A stretch of DNA of 64,000 bases from an uncultured Alphaproteobacteria bacterium (GTDB lineage Bacteria > Pseudomonadota > Alphaproteobacteria > Rhizobiales > Xanthobacteraceae): contig CAVPTV010000007.1 of the NCBI GenBank assembly GCA_963708765.1, positions 240,056 through 304,055 of the forward strand, read 5' to 3'. This document shows, one piece after another, positions 34,517 through 45,037 of the stretch. The translations under genes and the position numbers were made by a program. How positions within the stretch are numbered: the stretch's first letter is position 1; each line of letters begins with the position of its first letter. The notes under the pieces were generated by a model, which saw nothing but the letters and a program-made list of their open reading frames with translations, did no database searches and had not been told where the DNA came from.

Positions 34517-35720
34517 GTCGCGCTTCTCCGAGTGGATAGCCGAAGCCAGGATCGAGGGCCGTCGGCGCCCGAGCGAGAGAAAGCTCGAGCGCCGGCACGG
34601 CTCACTGGAAGGTCGGCGAGCGACGTGGGTCCCGGCCCCGGCGTGATCAGGGTCGGCCACTGCTTCGAGCCGAACGGCACCGCCGGCGGCAGGAACGGCT
34701 TCATGCCGCGCTTCTCGGTCTCGGCGATGATGGCGGCGCGCGCGTCGCCGCCCATCAGCTCGTAGTCCATCAGGTGGTAGTTGCCGAAGAACAGCGAGCC
34801 GACCGAGCGGTCGCCGATGATGCGGGTCAGCGAGGTCGAGCATGTCGTCCGGCGTGGTGGTGAACGAGATCGTCTCGATCAGGACCAGCCGGTCGTTGAT
34901 GGCCTCCGGCCCGAAGTACTGGGCCAGCACGCTGAACAGTATGTTGTTCTGCCGCGCGACATAGATCGTGTTGCTGGCCGCATAGGTCTTGTCCCAATCG
35001 GCGCCGAGCATCTTCTTCCAGTCGCCGATCACGCCCATCCAATGGCCGACCTGGGTCTGCGCCGCCCAGGCGATGATCTTCTTCAGGTGCGGGCCCTGCT
35101 TCTTGGAGAACTCCTCCAAGGCGGCGAACGAGATGGCGCCCTTCGCCGCGCAGTCGTCCATGAAGGCGATGTTGTTCTGCCAGGATGGTGCGGTTGGTGT
35201 CGCGCCAGTCCGCCGGCATCGGCGTCTGCGTCGAGGCCGTCGAGCGCCGATTTCATCCGGCTGCGATAGGCGAGCATGCGGACCGCGCCAGGACTGATTC
35301 GCGGGGTTGTCGAGATACGGGCCCACCACCTGGGTCAGCGCCATCGTGCTGTGGCCGACGGATTTCAGCAACTGATAGACGATCGGCACCGACGGCGCAT
35401 CGAGCGGCGGCATGCCGGGCCGATAGAGGATGAACCGACCGCCGGCGCCCGAGAACAGGCCGAGGATGACCGGGTGCTTGGCTCAGAATGTTCTGCTTGA
35501 AGATCTTGGCGGCGTCGTCATAGAGCTCGAACATGCCCGTATTGAGCGCCAGCACGTTCTGGGTGGCGGTCTCGGCCGGGCTCGAGACCGTGCGGCCGGC
35601 GATCGGCGCCATGTAGGACGGCAGGCGTGCCTGCGCCGTTGCGGCGGTCGTGAGTCCCGCCAGCGCGATGGACGCCAGGGCCGCGCGGGCGTAGCGTTGC
35701 AAAAACGAATCAGTTTGCAT
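34513..35720 (-). pseudogene. Secreted protein of unknown function, first gene of the oxidoreductase operon. At least five frameshifts.
   Basis: The signal peptide is MQTDSFLQRYARAALASIALAGLTTAATAQA. The reading frame can be followed through five successive +1 steps near 35481, 35284, 35219, 35181 and 34831 (..ILS-KHPVILGLFSGAGG..NQSWR-VRMLAYRSRM..DADA-PADWRDTNRTIL-QNNIAFMDDC..DDMLDL-LTRIIGDRSVG..). I recognise no family motif. The 3' end is uncertain: ATGA overlap at 34513-34516, or an earlier TGA near 34615 if a sixth insertion exists. Confidence 0.55.
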
Positions 35721-36047
35721 GTTTGCCTCCAGAATCGCAGAGTATCACGCCGTCAACCCATTAAGAAATCATGGCTCGAAATGAGCCGTGTCGCGTAGGT
35801 TCCTTGTTCACAAACAAACTTGCCGCAGGTGGTTGCCGGTCACTTGATGAATTGGGTTAAACCCGATTGATCGGCGTCCGACTGCCTGACGATTTGCCGG
35901 TCGCCTGCGCAGCTGACCGCGCGCAGAAGGCGCGAGAGACGGCGTTGCACGGCCGCAGCGCAAGCCGGCAAGACATCCCGCAGGCTTCCGAGCAATCCGG
36001 AGCTTTGCTATCGTCCCGGCTCGGAAGCATTTCGGGAATCTCAGTCG

Positions 36048-36824
36048 ATGAACACGAAAACGAAACCGCCGCGGCTCGCAGCGGCGCGGCGGAAAGGATC
36101 GGTCGCGGGTCTCGATCGGGACTTCATCGACGACCTGGTGGCCGCCTACCGGACGCTCGCGAGCCTCAACGTGCTCGATGCCTTCGGCCATGTCAGCGTG
36201 CGCGATCCGCGCAACCCCAACCGCTACCTGATGTCGCGCTCGGTTGCGCCCGAATCGGTGGCGGCGGCGGACATCCTCCTGCTCGATCTCGACAGCCAGA
36301 TCGTCGACCCCGAGGACGAAGGCACGCTGCTCTATCGCGAGCGTTTCATTCACGGCGAAATCTACAAGCTGCGCCCGGACGTCAACGCGGTGGTGCACAG
36401 CCATTCGCCGACCGTGGTTCCGTTCACGGTGACGCGCGCGAAGCTGCGCCCGCTGCTGCACAATGCCGCCTTTCTGGGGTTCGGCGCGCCGCTGTTCGAA
36501 ATCCGCAAATACGCCGGCAACGCCACCGACCTCCTGGTCGAGACCCCCGAATTGGGCAAGGCGCTGGCCAGATCGCTCGGCAAGCAGGCCGCGGTGGTGC
36601 TGATGCGCGGCCACGGCAATTCGGTGGTCGGGCCGACGCTGCGCGACGCGGTGTTCCGCGCCTACTACACGGAGGTGAACGCCCGCCTGCAGCTGCAGGC
36701 GATCACCATCGGCGGGCCGATCAATTTCCTCACCAGGCAAGAAGCCATCACCAGCAGCAAGGCGATGCTGCGCGCCTCGGCGCGGCCATGGGCGCTCTGG
36801 AGAGCCAAGGCGCTGTCGCAATGA
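36048..36824 (+). CDS. Class II aldolase/adducin N-terminal domain family protein.
   Basis: Intact 258-aa ORF. The motifs GHVSVRDP, ERFIHGEIYKLRPDVNAVVHSHSP and LMRGHGNSVVG match the class II aldolase fold. Confidence 0.75.
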   Translation: MNTKTKPPRLAAARRKGSVAGLDRDFIDDLVAAYRTLASLNVLDAFGHVSVRDPRNPNRYLMSRSVAPESVAAADILLLDLDSQIVDPEDEGTLLYRERFIHGEIYKLRPDVNAVVHSHSPTVVPFTVTRAKLRPLLHNAAFLGFGAPLFEIRKYAGNATDLLVETPELGKALARSLGKQAAVVLMRGHGNSVVGPTLRDAVFRAYYTEVNARLQLQAITIGGPINFLTRQEAITSSKAMLRASARPWALWRAKALSQ

Positions 36825-36907
36825 CGGCGACGCAGGAGAAAGAGACGGCGTATACGTGCGCTGCCACCGGCAGGCACCGAGGCGACGCTAATCTACAGGC
36901 CGGCGTC

Positions 36908-38186
36908 TCACACCGACGTGTGCGCCACGCCCTCCTTGACGGTCAGCGCGTCCTTGGCGGCCTCATAGAAGCTGACGTTTTCCGGCAGCACGATCGACGC
37001 CGAGCGCACCGCGTGGGTGACCGGATCGATGCCGTCGGGCACCTTGCCCTGCTGCACCGCCAAGGCGGCGTTGCGCAGCCGAATGCGGGCCATGATCACG
37101 CCGTTGTCGGTCGACACCAGGTTTTCCTTGGCACGGTCCTGGATCGGCCCCATGCTTTCCTGAATGGCGGCGTCCTGCATGGCGATGCCGGCGACGCCGC
37201 AATAGGTCTTGCCGGCGCTCTGGGCGGCGCGGTCGATCATGTAATCGTTGTCCTTGTTGACCACCGGCCGGAACGTGCCGGGGATCAACTTCACATGGAT
37301 GCCGCCGCCGTTGCGCATGGTGGTGAGCTCGTGCTCGGTGAGCGGCCGCGTCGGGTGGTGCGTGAAGCACCACGACATGCAGTTGTCGTCGTCGATCGGC
37401 ACCCAGGCGTGGCCATTGAGCGCGTTCTCCCCGTAGGGCGGGATCATGCTGTGGAAAGGCATGACCCATTGGGTGATGCGCCAATAGAGCTCGCCCGGCT
37501 GCGCCGGACGCCGCACGCCGATCACCATGCCGCCGTCGGTCTCGACCACCTCGAAGCGCGCGTCGGTTTCCGCGCGTCAGCTCGGCGCCCTTGCCGACAT
37601 GAAGCGAATCGCTGCGCAGGTCGTGGCGATGGAGAAACGAGACGTGGGCGGAGTCGATGCCGCCCTCCATCGCCTGCAGATAATTGCATTCCTGGGTGCG
37701 CTTCGTGACGAACCGATGCGAATGCGGCACCTTGGCCCATTCGAAGCCCGGCAACGGCGGCTTGGCCTCGGGAGGTCCCATATAGACCCAGATGACGTCG
37801 CCCATTTCCACGCACGCATAGGAGGCGAGCTTGATCTTCTTGCAGAAGCCGCTCGCTTCCGGCTCGGAGGGCACCTCGACGCATTGGCCGGTGACGTCGT
37901 ATTTCCAGCCGTGATACGCGCAGCGCAGGCCATTCTCCTCGTTGCGCCCGAACCACAGCGATACGCCGCGATGGGCGCAGAATTCATCGATCACGCCGAC
38001 GCGCCCCTGCGTGTCACGGAATGCCAGCAGCCGCTCCGAGAGCAGCTTGACCCGCACCGGCGGGCAATCCGGCTCCGGCACCTCCGCGGACAGCAGCGCC
38101 GGAATCCAATAGCGCCGCAACAGATCGCCGATCGGCGTGCCCGGCCCGGTCTGGGTGAGAAAATCGTTTTGCGCGCGCGTCGTCAT
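36908..38186 (-). pseudogene. Rieske [2Fe-2S] aromatic ring-hydroxylating oxygenase alpha subunit (phthalate/vanillate-type, no beta subunit nearby). One frameshift near 37570.
   Basis: The Rieske motif is CAHRGVSLWFGRNEENGLRCAYHGWKYD. The N-part is in ORF 36963..38243 from MTTRAQNDFL, and the C-part is in ORF 36908..37549. They join across ..GAELTR-ETDARFEVVETDGGMV. Confidence 0.8.
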
Positions 38187-38299
38187 CGCAGCGGCTCCTT
38201 GACGTCGGCTTCGGGTCGAAGAGCGTAGACTGATCCAGGACATTCCGCGCTGTCAACGCCACGACCGCACCTGCCGCCGCGGACTGCAGGCCGACGAGG

Positions 38300-38812
38300 T
38301 CAGGCGTGCAGCGCGGCCAACATGTCCAGCACGTATTCATCGGCGCGCGGGACGACCAGCATCATCACGTGCGGCCGCAGCCGCGCGAGCGTCTTCGACA
38401 GCGTCTGCTCGGACTTGGACGCGCTGCCGAGAATGACCGCCGTGGTCATGACGTGCTTGACGTCGCAAGCCTCGCCGATGATGGCCGCCGCTTCGGCGTT
38501 CTCGCCCGCCGTCGCCACCATCAGAATGAGGTCCGCGGTGTCGATCTCGTCGATCAGGTCCTTGGTGCGGCCGGCCAGATCGCTGAGCCAGCCGGTCATG
38601 CTGAAGGGCTCGGCCTGGCGCGGCCGGCCGGCAAACGCCGACGCGGTGAAGAAGGTCGCGTCGTTCCAGCGGGATTGGGCGAGCTCTTTCACCACCCGCT
38701 CGCTCGGCGCGTCGAGCGCGATCACCTTGATCGCCCGCGGCCTCGAATTCGGCGCGTCGATGCGGAATTTGGCCGCCTCGGCCGTGGTCATGCGCGCCAA
38801 TTCGCTGGTCAT
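38300..38812 (-). CDS. Hypothetical 170-aa protein. Possible degenerate FtsZ/tubulin-like N-terminal domain (see findings).
   Basis: Intact ORF with coding-like composition. The segments AIKVIALD, ATFFTAS, ADLILMVATAGENAEAAAIIGEACDVKHVMTTAVILG and VMMLVVPRADEYVLDML mirror the order of FtsZ S1, S2, S4-T4-H4-S5 and S6, but they lack the glycine-rich GTP loops. Confidence 0.45.
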   Translation of the reverse strand: MTSELARMTTAEAAKFRIDAPNSRPRAIKVIALDAPSERVVKELAQSRWNDATFFTASAFAGRPRQAEPFSMTGWLSDLAGRTKDLIDEIDTADLILMVATAGENAEAAAIIGEACDVKHVMTTAVILGSASKSEQTLSKTLARLRPHVMMLVVPRADEYVLDMLAALHA

Positions 38813-38868
38813 CGCCGGTTCCGCGTTTCGGCACGGAGCGTAGTTGAGGCAACGACGCCTGCGTGCAT

Positions 38869-38895
38869 CCCCTCCCCCGTGTTGTGGGGGAGGGG
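38869..38895. repeat. C-rich/G-rich REP hairpin (CCCCTCCCC family).
   Basis: cccctccccc (38869-38878), loop gtgttgt, gggggagggg (38886-38895). Confidence 0.8.
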
Positions 38896-38939
38896 ACGCT
38901 GTCAGCTCCCGATCCTCCCGCTCAATCGGGCGCGCGGCA

Positions 38940-39870
38940 TCAACCGGCAGGCTGCGCGCGCTGATGCGCCTTGAGGGCGGCGAGCCGCCGGTCGCGCCAG
39001 CGCATGCGCGCGGCGATCGCGTCGGGTCCCGGCGGCGCGGCCCATTGCGTCAGGATCAGCTCGACATTCGGCGTGCGATAGATGTCCGGCTCGGCGTCGC
39101 TCAGCCGCGCCAGGCTCGGCCCGTAGCGCCGGCAGTAATCCGGGATGCCGCCCGGGAGCGTTGAGCTCGATGGTCTCGAACGGCCCCATGAACGACCAGC
39201 GCAGGCCGAGGCCGTTCTTGAGCGTGTGGTCGAGATCCTGCGGCGTCACGTAGCCCTGCTCGACCAGCCGGAACGCCTCCGACAGCAGCACCGCCTGCAG
39301 GCGATTGAGGATGAAGCCCTCGATCTCGCGCTTGACCACGATCGGCACCTGCCCGACCGCCTGGTAGACCGCCTTGGCCTTGGCGACGACCTCGGGCGCG
39401 GTCCAGGGCGCGCCGACCAGCTCGACCAGCGGCACCAGATGCGGCGGGTTGACCGGATGCGCGACCAGGCAGCGGTGCCGGCCGGCGAGCTTCTCGGTGA
39501 AGCTGCTGGCCACGATGGTCGACGTGGAGGACGCCAGGATCGCGTCGGGCGCCGCCAGCCGGTCGAGCTCGGCGAAGATCTCCTGCTTCGCCTCGAGCGT
39601 CTCCGGCGTGCTCTCCTGCACGAAGGTCGCGCCCTCGAGCGCATCGGCGAGGCTGGCGGCGGTGCGCACGCGGGCGATGGCCGCGTTCGCGTCCGCGACC
39701 AGGCCGTGCGCGGCAAGCTCGGCAAGGCCTTCGGCCACCAGCGCGCGCGCCTGCTCGGCGACGCCCGCGACGGAATCGTAGAGCGCGACGTCGCAGCCGC
39801 CGCCCGCGAATACGATGGCCCAGGAGCGGCCGATCAGCCCCGATCCGACGATGGCAACGCGTTCCTTCAC
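38940..39870 (-). pseudogene. 3-hydroxyacyl-CoA dehydrogenase family protein (NAD-binding). One frameshift near 39152.
   Basis: The GTG start 39870 overlaps the upstream stop (GTGA). It shows the Rossmann motif VAIVGSGLIGRSWAIVFAGGGCDVALYD and VAHPVNPPHLVPLVELV. After ..IELNAPG the frame shifts to GIPDYCRRYGPSLARL..KAHQRAQPAG, with the stop at 38940-38942. Confidence 0.75.
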
Positions 39871-42398
39871 ATCCACAGCGTCTTCCTCCTCAGCGCGAGG
39901 TCGTCCTTGAGCATCTGCGAGGCGCCGGTCCAGCTCACCGCGCCGCGCTCCAGCACGACGGTGCGGTCGGAGAGCGCGAGCGCCAGGTCGAGATGATGGT
40001 CGACGATGATGATCGCGATCTCGTGGCGCAGCTGGTCGAAGGCCTCGAACAGCTCCTCGGTCACCGCCGGCGAGAGCCCCTCGAACGGCTCGTCGAGCAG
40101 GAGCACGCGCACGTCGCCGGCGAGCGCGCGGGCGACCGCCACCATCTGCTGCTCGCCGCCCGAAAGGTAGTCGGCCGGCATGCGCCAGCGCTCGGCGAGC
40201 CGCGGGAAGAACTCGACGATGCGGTCGTCCTCCCAGTGGATGCCGGCGCCGGTCAGGCGCTTGAGCCGGCCGAGCGCGAGGTTGTCGGCGACCGTCATGC
40301 CGGCGAACAGGCCCCTGCCCTGCGGCACGTAACCGATGCCGCGGCGGGCGATCGCGGCGGAGGGCAGCCGCGCGGTCTCCTCGCCGGCGAGCCTGATGGT
40401 GCCGGCTTCCGGCGCCGCGATGCCGACCAGGGTCTTGAGCAGGGTCGACTTGCCGGCGCCGTTGCGGCCGAGCAGCGCGACGATCTCGTGCTCGCGCACC
40501 TCGAGCGAGACGGCGTTGAGGATGTGGCTCTTGCCGTAGAAGGTATCGACCTTGTCGACCACGAGCAGCGGCGTCGCCTCGGCCGCCGAGGCGCGCGGCT
40601 TGGCGGCGAGCGCGGCGGCGCCCGAGCCGATATAGACCTCGCGCACCTTGGCGTCGCTGCGCGCGTCCTCGACCGTGCCGTCGACCAGCACCTTGCCTTC
40701 GTTCATCACGGTGACGTGGTCGGCGATCTGGAACACGCGGTCGATGTCGTGCTCGACGAACAGCACCGGGATTTCGGCGGAGACGGCCTTGACCAGCGCG
40801 GCGATGCGCTCGCGCTCGGCCACCGCGAGCCCGGCGAGCGGCTCGTCGAGCAGCAGGATGCGCGGGCGCGTCGCGAGCGCGAGCCCCATGTCGAGCAGGC
40901 GCTGGCCGCCATAGGAGAGCGAGGCGGCCTCGGCGCGCTCGATGCCGGTGAGCCCGAGGAAGCCGATGAGCTCGGTGGTTTCGGCCGTGACATCGGCGAG
41001 CGATTGGGTCGAGCGCCACACCGCGTAGCGATGCGCGCTGCGCGCCTGCACGGCGAGCCGCAGGTTCTCCTGCACCGACAGCCCGCCGAACAGATTGGTG
41101 ATCTGGAACGAGCGGCCGACGCCGGCCGCCGTGATGCTCTCGGGATTGAGGCCGGCGATCGAGCGGCCGTCCAGCGTGATGGTGCCGCGGTCGGGCGGAT
41201 AGAGGCCGCAGACCAGGTTGAAGGCCGTGGTCTTGCCGGCGCCGTTGGGGCCGATCAGCGCGTGCAAGGTGCGGTCCTTGACGGCGAGCGCGACGCCATC
41301 GACCGCATGGATGCCGCCGAAATGCTTGACCAGGCCCTCCCCGACCAGGACCGGCGCCGCGCTCGCGGCCGAGCGGCGATAGACCTGCGGCAATGCCGCC
41401 GTTGCGGCGATGGTGCGGCCGGCCATGGCGGCCGCCTCGACCACCCGGCGGCGAAACGGCGCGATCAGCGCCTCGGCGACGCCGACCAGACCGGTGGGCG
41501 AGAACACGATGAAGCCGACGAACAACAGGCCGAACCAGAACAGCCAATGCGGCGTCCAGATCGACAGGAATTCGCGGAACAGGATGAAGAACAGGGCGCC
41601 GAGCGCCGGCCCGAGGAAGCTGCGCATCCCGCCGATCACCACCATGGCGATGAGCTCGCCCGAGAACGCCACCGACAACGGCTCGGCCGAGGCAAAGCGA
41701 TGATTGAACACCGACAATGTCCCGGCGACCGCCACCACCGTGGCGGACAGCACGAAGGCGATGAGCTTGTAGCGGTTGGTCGGGTAGCCGATGAAGCGGG
41801 CGCGCTCCTCGTTCTCGCGGATCGCCACCAGCACGCTGCCGACCGGCGAGCGATGAAACCGCCAGAGCAAGTAGCACACCGCCCATGGCGAGCACGGCGA
41901 CGGCGCCGTAATAGCTCCAGTCGCGCTCCAGATCGAGGCCGAGCACGGTCGAGCGGGTGACGCCGCCGAGCCCGCTCTCGCCGCCGGTGAATTCGGTCCA
42001 GCGGTAGCCGATCGCGAACAGGAGCGCGGTCAGCGCCAAGGTGAGCAGCGAGAAATAGACGCCGCGCCGGCGCAGGATCAGCGCGCCGGAGAGGAGCGCG
42101 GTCACCGCCACGAACAGCATCGCGAACAGCGCCGGCAGAATCGACGTCGCCGGGAAACCAGTATCGCTGGCTCAGCGCCGCCGCATAGGCGCCGAGCCCG
42201 AACCAGGCGCCGTGCCCGAACGACACGAGCCCGGTATGGCCGACCAGGATGTTGAGCCCCATGCAGGCGATGGCGAACACCACGACGTCGATCGCGGAGC
42301 GCAGCGGCAGGCCGCACAGGTCGAGCGCGAACGGCAGCAGCGGCCAGCGTGAGCGCGGCGACGATCAAGGGGGCGTGGTCCTTGCGCATCGCGGTCAC
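39867..42398 (-). pseudogene. LIV-type ABC transporter fusion: LivM-like permease plus LivG-like and LivF-like ATPase domains in one reading frame. Three frameshifts in the permease part.
   Basis: The permease part (MTAMRKDHAPLIVAAL..FAIACMGLNILVGHTGLVSFGHGAWFG..MLFVAVTALLSG..VCYLLWRFHRSP..) is spread over ORFs 42102, 41636, 38902 and 39867, with steps near 42333, 42142 and 41887. Two ABC ATPase units follow without a stop. Walker A motifs are GPNGAGKTT and GRNGAGKST, signatures are LSYGGQRLL and LSGGEQQMV, and Walker B motifs are LLLDEP in both. Confidence 0.8.
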
Positions 42399-43270
42399 TC
42401 GAACTTCATGATGCGCTCGCCGAGGAGCCCGCGCGGCCGCAGCAGCAGCACCAGCGCCATCAGCAGATACATCGAGGCTTCGCCCCAGGACGGGTTGAAG
42501 TAGATGGTGACGCCGCGCACGACGCCGACCAGCGCGGCGGCCGCGATCACGCCCCAGAACGAGCCGAGCCCGCCGATCACCACCACCACGAAGGCGGCGG
42601 TGAGGATTTCCGCGCCCATCGCCGGGTGCACGCCGGCGATCGGCGCCAGCAGCACGCCGGCAAGCCCGGCGAGCCCGACGCCGAGCGCGGCGATCGCCGT
42701 CATATAGGGCGCGAGCGAGATGCCGAGCGCGCCGACCACGTCGGGGTTCTGCACGCCCGCCCGCACCACGCGGCCGAACGCGGTGCGGTAGACGATGAAC
42801 CAGGTCGCCGTCACGGCGGCGACCGCGACGCCGAGAATGAACAGGCGATAGCGCGGATAGATGAAGTCGCCGACGAAGATCTGGCCGCGCAGCTCCGGCG
42901 GGATCGAGAACGGCAGCGGCGCGGCGCCGAACACGATGCGCAGGCCCTGCTCGATCACCATCGCGAGCCCGAAGGTCAGCAGCAGGCTCAGGATCGGATC
43001 GGAGCGATAGAAGCGGCGGAACAACAGCCGCTCGATCGCGATGCCGAGCACGCCGACCAGCACCGGCGAGGCGACGAACGCGCCGGCAAAGCCGATGCGC
43101 GGCGTCAGGATGACCGCCAGATAGGCGCCGATGGCGTAGAACCCGCCATGCGCGAGATTGACGATGCCGCCGAGCGCGAAGATCAGCGAGAGGCCGAGCG
43201 CGATCAGCAGATAGTAGGCGCCGACCAGGAGGCCGTTGAGAACCTGCTCGAGGACGAAGACCAGCTGCAC
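42395..43270 (-). CDS. livH: LIV-type ABC transporter permease (LivH-like).
   Basis: Intact 291-aa ORF. The product starts MQLVFVLEQVLNGLLVGAYYLLIALGLSLIFALGGIVNLAHG, typical of the LivH family. Its stop overlaps the next start (GTGA). Confidence 0.85.
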   Translation of the reverse strand: MQLVFVLEQVLNGLLVGAYYLLIALGLSLIFALGGIVNLAHGGFYAIGAYLAVILTPRIGFAGAFVASPVLVGVLGIAIERLLFRRFYRSDPILSLLLTFGLAMVIEQGLRIVFGAAPLPFSIPPELRGQIFVGDFIYPRYRLFILGVAVAAVTATWFIVYRTAFGRVVRAGVQNPDVVGALGISLAPYMTAIAALGVGLAGLAGVLLAPIAGVHPAMGAEILTAAFVVVVIGGLGSFWGVIAAAALVGVVRGVTIYFNPSWGEASMYLLMALVLLLRPRGLLGERIMKFE

Positions 43271-43322
43271 GCGCGACTTGCCCCCGTGGCGCTAATCAGC
43301 GCGGCAACGAGCTCGGTCTGCT

Positions 43323-43428
43323 CCCTCCCCCTTGCGGGGGAGGGTTGGGGAGGGGGGTGGCTCGATGAGGCACGCGCATTGCCCATTGCGCCACCCCACC
43401 CCCAACCCCTCCCCACAAGGGGGAGGGG
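43323..43428. repeat. Composite palindromic REP element made of two CCCTCCCCC/GGGGGAGGG hairpins.
   Basis: Left hairpin: ccctccccc ttgc gggggaggg (43323-43344). Right hairpin: cccctcccc acaag ggggagggg (43406-43428). The flanking segments ggttggggaggggggtgg and ccaccccacccccaacc are themselves inverted. Confidence 0.8.
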
Positions 43429-43491
43429 AGTCCCGTCGAGTCTGCGGCGCGCTGTGCATCGACCTCACCGAACACTTGATCGCAGAGTGCG

Positions 43492-44735
43492 TCAGCCGAT
43501 CTTGCAGGTGCCGTCCTTGGGCGGGGCGATGGATTTCCATGTCCTCGCTCGGCCCGGGCACGGTGCCGAGCGCGTCATAGATGTCCCACTGGTCCTTCAT
43601 CTTCGACGGCTCCTTGGCGCGCACCGCGTACATTTCCATCACCATCTGGTTGTCGTAGGGACGGAAATACGCTTCGCGCGCCTTCATCACGTCGAACTTG
43701 GCGCCCTTGCGCAGATGCTCGGCGAGCTTCTGCGGATCGGCCGACTTGGTCTCGTTCATCGACTGCGCGACGATCTTGAGCGAGTTGTAGTCGCCCCAGG
43801 ACTGGTTGTCGGGCAGCTTGCCGTACTTCTTCTGGAACGCGTCGACGTATTTCTTGGAGCTCGGCGTGTCGACCAGATGGTGCCAGACCAGCGGCCAGAT
43901 GCCGGCGAAGTTGCCCTTGCCGGCGCCCCAGGCGACGACGGTGTCGAAGCCGAAGCCCGCCACCGGGAACGGCAGGCCGTATTCGGCATATTGCTTGAGG
44001 AAGTTGGTGATCTGATTGCCGGCGAGGTTCGACACCACCAGATCGGGGCGCGCCTGCCGGATTTTCAGGAGATAGGGCGAGAAGTCGGCGGCGTCGGTGG
44101 GCACGAGCTCGTCGGCCGCGAACTGGCCGCCGTTCGCTTCCATGAACTTCTTGGCGACGCGCAGAAGGTCGTGGCCGAAGGCGTAGTCGGCCGTCAGCGA
44201 GTACCACTTCTTGCCCTTCACCAGATTCTCGCGCAGCAGGTACTGGCCGGCGGCCTGCACGTACATCGAGTTCGCGCGCCTCGATGTGGAACATGTACGG
44301 ATTGCAGCTCGTGCCGCGCAGCGCGTCGGAATTGCAGCCGGTGTTGATGAACACGGTCTTGAGCCGGTTCGCCACCTGCCCGATGGCGAGGCCCGACGCC
44401 GACGAAATCTCGCCGATGATCATCGCGACCTTGTCGCGCTCGATCAGCCGCTCGGCCTTGGCGGAGGCGGTCTGCGGATTGACCGAATCCTCCATCACGA
44501 GATCGATCTTGCGGCCGAGCACGCCGCCCGAATTGTTGATCTCCTCGGCCGCGAGCCGCACGCCCATGACGGCGTATTCGCCGAGCGGTCCCAGGAAGCC
44601 GGTGATCGGCGTCAGATGACCGATGCGAATGGCGTCGGCCTGCGCCTTGACGATCGCCGGCATGCCGACGCCGGCGAGCAGCGCGGAGCCGGCCGCGCCC
44701 TTGACGAGTGTGCGGCGTGACAACCTGGAATTCAT
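43492..44735 (-). pseudogene. LIV-type (LivK-like, type I) periplasmic substrate-binding protein with a Tat-like signal. Two frameshifts.
   Basis: The product starts MNSRLSRRTLVKGAAGSALLAGVGMPAIVKAQA and continues IRIGHLTPITGFLGPLGEY. ORF 43575..44735 joins ORF 43292..44266 across IEAR-NSMYVQAAGQ (near 44274). A second step near 43531 gives ..EDMEI-IAPPKDGTCKIG, with the stop at 43492-43494. Confidence 0.8.
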
Positions 44736-45037
44736 GGCAATTCCTCCCTTCGAGGATATTCGGGCGGATTGTGCGGGCCGAGGACGCGGGCTTCATCGTC
44801 CGATCGGCGCGCTTGCCGCCACTTTTGCGAGCAAATATCGTCGCCCGGCCTACCAACGTTGTCCAGCGGATTTTCTCTCGCGGCCGCGCGCAGCAGCACT
44901 GCCCAATCCAGTCACCTGCTCCCGCCCAGCATCGTATCGTCGAGATATTCATGTGAGCCGGCCATGCGCGCTCAAGTCCGATTGCGGATTTGCGCGGCAG
45001 CGATCATGATCCGGTTCCATTCGCCCGGGATCCTGTC

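Noticed and set aside
32252-35413. 1053-aa minus-strand ORF that appears to be one giant protein.
   Set aside because: It is a chimera. It contains genuine pieces of three genes (the secreted unknown, the FAD subunit and the FeS N-terminus) joined by off-frame stretches. The ATGA junctions and the motif order show separate genes.
35808-36821. 337-aa minus-strand ORF opposite the class II aldolase gene.
   Set aside because: It has R/A/G-rich shadow composition. The + strand ORF 36048..36824 has the aldolase/adducin motifs.
38902-42120. 1072-aa minus-strand ORF.
   Set aside because: Only its two ends are genuine: part of the LivM-like permease, and the 3-hydroxyacyl-CoA dehydrogenase N-part. 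The middle is the off-frame shadow of the ATPase domains, which read cleanly in ORF 39867..41879.
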